Below are positions 53,666-60,387 of a stretch of DNA of 60,387 nucleotides, in pieces. The notes under the pieces were generated by a model. The model saw only the letters and a list, made by a program, of their open reading frames with translations, was not told the origin of the DNA and searched no databases. How positions within the stretch are numbered: the stretch's first letter is position 1; each line of letters starts with the position of its first letter. The stretch lies in assembly GCA_964547705.1 (NCBI GenBank), contig CAZJOY010000001.1, forward strand, positions 1-60,387, written 5' to 3'. Position numbers and translations under genes: made by a program. Source of the DNA: an uncultured Methylobacter sp. (GTDB lineage Bacteria > Pseudomonadota > Gammaproteobacteria > Methylococcales > Methylomonadaceae).

Positions 53666-54976
53666 ATGAAACAAAGCGAATTTAAAAAACGCCGCAAACT
53701 GTTGATGCAGCACATCGGCAAAGGCAATATTGCATTGATAGGCAGCGCATCCGTTAGGACTCGCAACCGGGACGTGAATTACCCGTTCAGGCAAGATAGT
53801 GACTTTTATTATTTGACCGGTTTTAACGAACCCGATTCTCTGGCCGTTTTTATTCCCGGCCGCAAACAGGGCGAATATATTTTGTTTTGCCGCGAATTCG
53901 ATGAGAAAAAAGCCTTGTGGGAAGGCGCGCATGCAGGTCTTGAAGGCGCTACCACGCATTATAAGGCTGACGATTCTTTTCCGATCGACGACCTGGACGA
54001 TATTTTGCCCGGGATGCTGGAAGACAAAGGCAAAGTCTATTATCCGATAGGCCGCGATTCCGATCTTGACCACAACTTATTAGTCTGGATAAATCATATC
54101 CGCAGCCAGTCCAGAACCGGCGTTACCGCGCCCGGAGAGCTGGCCTCGCTGGAGCACATCCTGCACGAAATGCGGCTATTCAAGAGCCCCGAAGAACTCA
54201 AACTGATGCGCCGCGCCGCTGAAGTTTCCGCCAACGCCCATGTTCAAGCGATGCAAAAATGCAAACCCGGAATGTATGAGTACCAGATAGAGGCGGAAAT
54301 CATTTATCACTTTATCCAGGGCGGTTTGCGTGCGGTTGCTTACCCTTCGATTGTCGCCGGAGGAAAAAATGCCTGCGTACTGCATTACACTGAAAATGCC
54401 GACAAATTACAAAGCGGCGATTTACTGCTAATCGATGCCGGCGCCGAATGCGACCATTACGCCGCCGACATTACCCGCACATTCCCGGTTTCCGGAAGCT
54501 TTAGCGAGCCGCAAAAACAGCTTTACCAACTGGTATTGGATGCTCAAGCGGCGGCAATCGAACAAATCAAACCCGGCTCGCCATGGCATCTGGCACACGA
54601 CGCATCGGTTGAGGTACTGACCAAAGGCTTGGTCGCGCTGGGGCTGCTCAAAGGCAAAGTGGTCAAGCTAATCAAGGATGAAAAATACAAACAGTTTTAT
54701 ATGCACAGGATCGGTCACTGGCTGGGCATGGACGTGCATGATGTCGGCGACTATAAACTGGACAAGGAATGGCGCTTGCTGGAACCCGGCATGGTGCTGA
54801 CCATCGAACCGGGATTATATATTCCCGAGGATTGCCAGACCGTTGACGAGCAATGGCGCGGCATAGGCATACGTATCGAAGACGATGTCCTGGTAACTGC
54901 TGACGGGCATGAAATATTAACCGGCGGCGTCCCCAAAACCATTGCGGAAATTGAAAGCTTAATGCAGGCGAGCTGA
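53666..54976 (+). CDS. pepP: Xaa-Pro aminopeptidase
   Basis: FRQDSDFYYLTGF, DAGAE...DITRT, HWLGMDVHD, EPGLY and GIRIEDD. Confidence 0.96.
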   Translation: MKQSEFKKRRKLLMQHIGKGNIALIGSASVRTRNRDVNYPFRQDSDFYYLTGFNEPDSLAVFIPGRKQGEYILFCREFDEKKALWEGAHAGLEGATTHYKADDSFPIDDLDDILPGMLEDKGKVYYPIGRDSDLDHNLLVWINHIRSQSRTGVTAPGELASLEHILHEMRLFKSPEELKLMRRAAEVSANAHVQAMQKCKPGMYEYQIEAEIIYHFIQGGLRAVAYPSIVAGGKNACVLHYTENADKLQSGDLLLIDAGAECDHYAADITRTFPVSGSFSEPQKQLYQLVLDAQAAAIEQIKPGSPWHLAHDASVEVLTKGLVALGLLKGKVVKLIKDEKYKQFYMHRIGHWLGMDVHDVGDYKLDKEWRLLEPGMVLTIEPGLYIPEDCQTVDEQWRGIGIRIEDDVLVTADGHEILTGGVPKTIAEIESLMQAS

Positions 54977-56178
54977 TGCAACATGATTATGATTTATTGA
55001 TTGTCGGCGGCGGCTTGGCAGGCAACTGCTTGGCCTTGGCGTTAAAAAACAGCGGCTTGACCATTGCGATAGTCGAGGCAAATACCCGCGAACAACATCA
55101 CAGCTCTCCGGCAGGCGACAGGGCCTTAGCCTTGGCTGCCGGCACCGTAAAAATGCTTGAAACGTTGGGTATCTGGCAAGGCATCAGTCAGGCCGCCACC
55201 GCCATCAAAGATATTCATGTTTCCGATCGTGGACACTTCGGCAAAGTCAGGCTTTCGGCGCGAAAAGAAAATGTGGAGGCATTGGGTTATGTCATCACTG
55301 CGCGGGATATTGAGACACATGTCGCCAAACTGGTTAGCGAGACCGATATAGAACTGGTTTGCCCTGCCCGGCTGATCGGGCTGATGGCGGGTAACGACGC
55401 CGTCAATGTCAGCCTGAAAAGAGAAGATGAGCCGCTAGCTTTAACAGCCAAACTGCTGGTCGGCGCTGACGGCGGCAACTCCTCAGTCCGTAAGTTGCTG
55501 GAAATATCCCAGCAAGTTATCGAATATGGGCAAACCGCATTGGTTACGACGGTAAAGTCATCCCTACCTCATAACAATGTCGCATACGAGCGCTTTACCG
55601 CTTCAGGGCCCTTAGCCTTGTTGCCGATAGACACCAATCATTGCGCCGTGGTCTGGACGCGCACCAGCGAAGACGCCGATGGGTTAATGTCCGGTAGCGA
55701 AACGGACTTTCTGGCCGCGCTTCAACAATGCTTCGGTTATAGACTGGGCCAGCTTGGCTTGGCCGCGCCTCGGCGGGCATTCCCCTTGTCACTGATACGC
55801 GCTGAAAAAATGACCGCCGATCGAACCGTGGTTATCGGCAATGCTGTGCATCAGCTGCATCCGGTTGCCGGACAGGGATTTAACTTGGGGCTGCGCGATG
55901 TTATGCAACTAGCCGAAATGATCATCAACCAGCATCAGTCAAATAAAGACATCGGCGCTACCGATTTTTTAAAAACTTACGCCGACTCCAGACAGAAAGA
56001 TCATGACAGAACTATCGGCTTTACCAATAGCGTGGTGCAAATTTTTTCCAACGATTGGTTGGCATTGGCTGCGGCTAGAAACATCGGCCTGGCGGTACTG
56101 GATCATATTCCTGCCGCAAAAACATGGCTTGCCCGGCACGCCATGGGCTTGGCCGGGCGCTTGCCCCGCCTTATATAG
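54976..56178 (+). CDS. ubiH: 2-octaprenyl-6-methoxyphenol hydroxylase
   Basis: GGGLAG, IHVSDRGHFG and GNAVHQLHPVAGQGFNLGLRD; follows pepP. Confidence 0.92.
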   Translation: MQHDYDLLIVGGGLAGNCLALALKNSGLTIAIVEANTREQHHSSPAGDRALALAAGTVKMLETLGIWQGISQAATAIKDIHVSDRGHFGKVRLSARKENVEALGYVITARDIETHVAKLVSETDIELVCPARLIGLMAGNDAVNVSLKREDEPLALTAKLLVGADGGNSSVRKLLEISQQVIEYGQTALVTTVKSSLPHNNVAYERFTASGPLALLPIDTNHCAVVWTRTSEDADGLMSGSETDFLAALQQCFGYRLGQLGLAAPRRAFPLSLIRAEKMTADRTVVIGNAVHQLHPVAGQGFNLGLRDVMQLAEMIINQHQSNKDIGATDFLKTYADSRQKDHDRTIGFTNSVVQIFSNDWLALAAARNIGLAVLDHIPAAKTWLARHAMGLAGRLPRLI

Positions 56179-56202
56179 CCCAATGCAACAGGAGATAGTG
56201 CA

Positions 56203-57423
56203 ATGACCGATCGTTATGAAGTTATAGTCTGCGGCGGCGGCATGGTGGGGGCAGCAACGGCCTGTGCCTTGGCACATGGCGGCATCAACGTTGCGCTGCT
56301 GGAACGGTTTAACCCGGACAGACAATGGCCGCCGGAACCTATCGATATCCGCGTCTCGGCCCTAACCAAAGCCTCCCAGAATATACTGGAAATGTTGGGA
56401 GCCTGGCCTGGCATGGTGCAGCGTGGTGTTTGCGCTTACCGGGATATGCGGGTTTGGGATGCCCGTGGCGGTGGCGAATTGCATTTCGATTGCGCCGATA
56501 CCGCATTCTCCGAGTTAGGTCATCTGGTTGAAAACAGAGTCACCGTTGCGGCCCTTTGGGATATGCTGGATACATTACCCTCGGCCACGTGCATCACGCC
56601 CGCTAAAGTTGTCGATATGCAACTTAACGAAAACGCTCGGCAATTACGGCTGGAAGACGGCCGAATCCTTGAAGCCGACTTGGTGATCGCCGCCGATGGA
56701 CGCGATTCCGCATTAAGAAAGATGGCGGGCATTGAGGTCACCGGCTGGGAATATCGCCAAGATGGCCTGGTCGCGACAGTAAGCACCGAAAAGAGTCATC
56801 AGTTCACAGCCTGGCAGCGCTTTCTGGATGAAGGGCCGCTGGCTTTTTTACCGCTGAAAAACGGACAATGTTCGATTGTCTGGACCCTGAATTCGGAAAC
56901 AGCAAAAAATCATCTGGCGCTTGCCGATCAAGATTTTCTACAAGTTCTGGAGCAAGCTTCCGACGGAATCCTGGGCAAGATGCTCGGCGTAGGCCCACGT
57001 GCAGCATTTCCTTTACGCTTTCAATACGCAAACCGCTATACCGATCAGCGTTTCGCCCTCTGCGGCGATGCTGCCCATGCGATGCATCCTCTGGCCGGAC
57101 AAGGCGTCAATGCCGGCTTGTTGGATGCCGCCGCAATTGCGGAGCTGATCATCCAAACCAAACAAGAAAAAAGGCCGTTATCCAGTTCGCGCTTTCTACG
57201 TCATTATGAACGCTGGCGTAAAGGCGACAATCTAATCATGATGTCGAGCATGGATATACTGAACAAGACTTATAGCGTGACCTCACAACCCTTTGCCAGC
57301 CTACGCTCGGCAGGCATGAACCAAGTCAATAACACCTCACTAATCAAAACTTACTTTAACCATTACGCGATGGGCTTACGTGACGATTTACCTAAATTAG
57401 CAAAAAGAAATATCTGCTGGTGA
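56203..57423 (+). CDS. UbiH/UbiF/VisC-family FAD monooxygenase (UbiI-like by synteny)
   Basis: GGGMVG, RVSAL, AWQRF and GDAAHAMHPLAGQGVN. Confidence 0.88.
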   Translation: MTDRYEVIVCGGGMVGAATACALAHGGINVALLERFNPDRQWPPEPIDIRVSALTKASQNILEMLGAWPGMVQRGVCAYRDMRVWDARGGGELHFDCADTAFSELGHLVENRVTVAALWDMLDTLPSATCITPAKVVDMQLNENARQLRLEDGRILEADLVIAADGRDSALRKMAGIEVTGWEYRQDGLVATVSTEKSHQFTAWQRFLDEGPLAFLPLKNGQCSIVWTLNSETAKNHLALADQDFLQVLEQASDGILGKMLGVGPRAAFPLRFQYANRYTDQRFALCGDAAHAMHPLAGQGVNAGLLDAAAIAELIIQTKQEKRPLSSSRFLRHYERWRKGDNLIMMSSMDILNKTYSVTSQPFASLRSAGMNQVNNTSLIKTYFNHYAMGLRDDLPKLAKRNICW

Positions 57424-57633
57424 TCGTCCCAAGCTCACTCTAAGTATCGGGCAGATTTGCAGTTTTTCGAATTAGAATTTTCCCTACCCACCGGCTTCTG
57501 GTATATTCCGGGACTAGCTGTACGGTTCCTGCCTGGATTATAGGTAAAAGTTTTACCTGCTGGCCAGCGATGCTTAATTTAAGAGCAATAATTATAAGAA
57601 GAAAAATTAATTTTTAAGAGGAGGAGAGCCATT

Positions 57634-58206
57634 ATGACTGAAGGGTTGTTTATATTAACTACTATTTTTGTCGCCTATGTTATTTATGCGGTTATAGGCG
57701 AACAGAGAGCAACTGCTAAATCCAAAGCGCCGACGGCAAAACCTGAAACACAGGCCGCAGCCGTGGAACAGCCGAAACCCCAAGTTGCCGTTACAAAAGA
57801 AAAACCGGCGACAGTTAAACCGGCAGAAACTAAAACTGTTACCCCTAAGGTCGTAGCAGCAAAAACAGTGCAGCCTGTAACAACCAAACCTACAGCAGGC
57901 AAAACAGCTGCCGCCAAAGGAGCGACCAAGACCTCGGCTAAGGCAACTACAGCCAAACCCACAGCCGCTAAAAAAACCACTGCTACTGCCGCGCCACAAA
58001 GCACCGGATTAAAAAACCCGAAAACAGGCGAAGTTGCCACGACTTATAGCAACTACAGATTCACCAAGCGCTGGATAAAAGATGCCTTGGTTGAAGAAGG
58101 CTTATTGGAAAAGGTCTATACAGCTAATGAGTTGAATGCCCAGACTGATGCCAAAATAAAAGAAGCCATAGCAAACCTGGAAGCCATGGACAAATATAAA
58201 GCATAA
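57634..58206 (+). CDS. Hypothetical membrane-anchored protein with Lys/Ala/Thr/Pro-rich linker
   Basis: GAGGAGG RBS, N-terminal TM helix, low-complexity middle and an ordered ~65-aa C-terminal domain. Confidence 0.8.
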   Translation: MTEGLFILTTIFVAYVIYAVIGEQRATAKSKAPTAKPETQAAAVEQPKPQVAVTKEKPATVKPAETKTVTPKVVAAKTVQPVTTKPTAGKTAAAKGATKTSAKATTAKPTAAKKTTATAAPQSTGLKNPKTGEVATTYSNYRFTKRWIKDALVEEGLLEKVYTANELNAQTDAKIKEAIANLEAMDKYKA

Positions 58207-58232
58207 GGATTAGGTCATTGAAATCGATATAG

Positions 58233-58263
58233 AAAGGGAGGCTTGGACGGTCTCCCTTTTTTT
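58233..58263 (+). terminator. Rho-independent terminator
   Basis: aaagggag...ctcccttt stem followed by a T run. Confidence 0.8.
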
Positions 58264-58432
58264 ATAGCTTCAGACAGAAGCGTAGCTCTTCAGGACTCAC
58301 ATGTTGGATTGTCTATCGGCAAACCTTCTACGAGTGGTTTTCATCTAACTTAATCGATATACCATACGTAATGACTTGAATTACTCGGAAACCAATTAGT
58401 TATTCTGTTTGAAAACAGAGAGAAGAATAGCT

Positions 58433-58819
58433 CTAGGCCACAACCACCGCGTTGAAATCGATCCAGGTAAAGTCTTCCTGAATATCCTGGCCCAATTCCA
58501 AAATCGTGTCATCTTCTTCATCATGATGCCAGTTCAATAAAACACAGTTTGGATGAGCTTTGGCATATTCGTTCAATAATTCAAACATGCTATAAAAAAT
58601 TTTAGTACTGACACTATTGAAATACGTGAGCTTAAAATTAAATTCAATAGCATCGCCGTTCAGTGACTTTAAATGGCTTTGCAGTTGCCGAAGAATAGGC
58701 CGGAAAAATTCAACGCCATTCTCGGGATAAGCTTCGCCAGACATGCTCAGCATGTTGCTTGAAAATTTGAAGTTAATTTCAGGTGTATCGGAAGTAGCTG
58801 CAATGTATATGTCGGTCAT
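58433..58819 (-). CDS. siaC: SiaC-family (DUF1987) regulatory phosphoprotein
   Basis: TPEINF, GEAYPEN..EFF, YFNSVS and W.HDEEDD..ELG. Confidence 0.88.
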   Translation of the reverse strand: MTDIYIAATSDTPEINFKFSSNMLSMSGEAYPENGVEFFRPILRQLQSHLKSLNGDAIEFNFKLTYFNSVSTKIFYSMFELLNEYAKAHPNCVLLNWHHDEEDDTILELGQDIQEDFTWIDFNAVVVA

Positions 58820-58828
58820 GATAGTTCC

Positions 58829-59383
58829 TCAAATAGTAGCTTTAAGATAAAAGCAAGACAGTTCATTTTCATATCCTATTGCTTCTCTGATAGCGTATTG
58901 GATAGGTTCGGCTGAATCTCTTGCCAATGTTAAGAATCCAAGACCCGCACCTTTGCTGATCGTATCGTCGCTGTGCTGGTCATTTTTTAACTGTGTGCGA
59001 TAAGCTTGCCTGATTTCATCAGCGCTCATTTCCAGAATCGGATCAATCTTCTCGCGTATGCGCCCTTCATGCTGTTTTTGAATAAAATTTGCACAGATAA
59101 CAAAATACTTGTCTTCTTTCTTTCCGACAATGATCGAGCCTTCCTTGGTATCATCGAAACCAGGCGCACTGGGCGAGTAATGCAGCGCATTTTGTATCAT
59201 TTCTATGAACGTGGAGAACAGCTTGCGGGACCTGGCTCCCTTTTCATCCTGAATTTGCAGTTTTTGCTTTAACGAGTCACTCATGGTAGTGATAACATTC
59301 TGAGAAAGAATGCCGCTGTAATAAAAAACAATACCGTTAGCATCGGCTTCTTCGCGAAATACGGTAAACAGATCGATAAGCAT
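58829..59383 (-). CDS. siaB: SiaB-family protein kinase
   Basis: YSG.LSQ, FIEMIQNALHYS and SKGAGLGFL. Confidence 0.88.
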   Translation of the reverse strand: MLIDLFTVFREEADANGIVFYYSGILSQNVITTMSDSLKQKLQIQDEKGARSRKLFSTFIEMIQNALHYSPSAPGFDDTKEGSIIVGKKEDKYFVICANFIQKQHEGRIREKIDPILEMSADEIRQAYRTQLKNDQHSDDTISKGAGLGFLTLARDSAEPIQYAIREAIGYENELSCFYLKATI

Positions 59384-59399
59384 AAAATTTTCCGGTTAA

Positions 59400-60387
59400 T
59401 TAGTATCTGAATCCCATCAGGCAAACATCGTCGCGTCGCTTCTGCTTGCCCTGATAGTCGTAATAGGCTTGCATGACAATGGCCTCCTGTTCCGGCATGG
59501 GCTTGAGGTAGCTGTCCTGGAGCAAGGCCGAAAAACGTTTTTTACCAAAAGCGATTTTCTTTGACCCGCCAATCTGATCGATAAGGCCGTCGGTGGTTAG
59601 ATAGATGCACATCCCTTTTACCAGCGAGAGCTCCTGATTGTTCCATTCGTAATCCATCGGCGTATCAACATAACCTACACCCTTGCGATCAGGCTCCATC
59701 AACTGTACGTTCGATGATGTGTTGTCGATATAAAATAAAGGGGTTTTGGCGCCTGCATAAGTGAGTGTGTTGTTTTGCGTATTAACCCAGCAGAAAGCCG
59801 TGTCCATGCCATCATCGGATTGCCCGTTCTGCTTTGTAGAAAATCTTTCGATATCAAAGCCGTCAGTGGCCGACTGATTTATCTGGCCAAGCGCCTTCTT
59901 GACTTTTTTATTCATTATTGTCAGAGCACCGGCAGGGTCATGGCGATTATCTTCGACCAGGATATGATCGAGAAACGAAGCCATGATTAGTGTCATGAAT
60001 GCGCCGGGAACGCCATGACCGGTGCAGTCGATCAACGCGAGAAAGAACCCGTCATCGAATTTCTTGCAGAAATAATAATCGCCGCCTACTTTATCGCGCG
60101 GCTCCCAATGCATGAAATAGTCCTGCAATACCGCACTCATATCTTCTCTTGACGAGCGCAGGAAAGACTTTTGGATAACGCTTGCGTAATTGATGCTCTC
60201 GGTAACGAGCCGGTTCTTTTCCGCCTGTAAAAAAGATACGACTTTAACCAAATCTTCGCCGTTACCTAGACCCAGATAATCACCATTTTCATCGATGATA
60301 ATAAATCCATCATTCAGCGTTTTTCGGCCGGAACCCAACACTTTAAAGCTGAGCTCTTGAATACTCATATTCCGGTCAACAACAAGC
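59400..60387 (-). CDS. SpoIIE/PP2C phosphatase, SiaA-like; 5' part lies outside the window
   Basis: SINYASVIQ, VGGDYY, DCTGHGVPGA, DGMD, TDG and RDD. The frame stays open to the window edge (LVVDRN precedes the listed Met). Confidence 0.85.
   Translation of the reverse strand, partial: LVVDRNMSIQELSFKVLGSGRKTLNDGFIIIDENGDYLGLGNGEDLVKVVSFLQAEKNRLVTESINYASVIQKSFLRSSREDMSAVLQDYFMHWEPRDKVGGDYYFCKKFDDGFFLALIDCTGHGVPGAFMTLIMASFLDHILVEDNRHDPAGALTIMNKKVKKALGQINQSATDGFDIERFSTKQNGQSDDGMDTAFCWVNTQNNTLTYAGAKTPLFYIDNTSSNVQLMEPDRKGVGYVDTPMDYEWNNQELSLVKGMCIYLTTDGLIDQIGGSKKIAFGKKRFSALLQDSYLKPMPEQEAIVMQAYYDYQGKQKRRDDVCLMGFRY

Overview
Cell-surface locus of a gammaproteobacterium; the repeat types and gene set suggest a Methylococcaceae (Methylobacter-like) methanotroph, which is an inference. 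From left to right: (1) three co-oriented, Cys-free, T1SS-type S-layer/RTX genes (1399, 231 and 1049 aa, minus strand); the middle gene is a fusion of its neighbours' terminal domains. (2) A four-gene trans-envelope signalling module: TPR/beta-barrel outer membrane protein, CHASE2 class III cyclase-like protein, FecR-(SN)16-barrel protein and a divergent Crp. The cyclase and the Crp have both lost canonical cNMP residues, and near-consensus CRP boxes sit at exact class II (-41.5) geometry in front of both the S-layer operon and the signalling operon. (3) A Wzm/Wzt glycan cluster with methyl/acyl/deacetyl tailoring enzymes and coiled-coil glycosyltransferases. (4) A PrtDEF/RsaDEF-like type I secretion system. 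(5) rmlBDAC, three decayed glycosyltransferase fragments and a Wzx-type cluster with manC-gmd-fcl. (6) Core genes EVE-ssrS-zapA / ygfB-pepP-ubiH-ubiI-like, then a siaABC-like module with no adjacent siaD. IS5 and IS30 remnants, GTAG-REP elements, decayed TA genes and an in-frame 45-bp insertion in ygfB are also visible. No CRISPR array, rRNA or tRNA was seen. All calls come from reading the sequence by eye; no searches were run.
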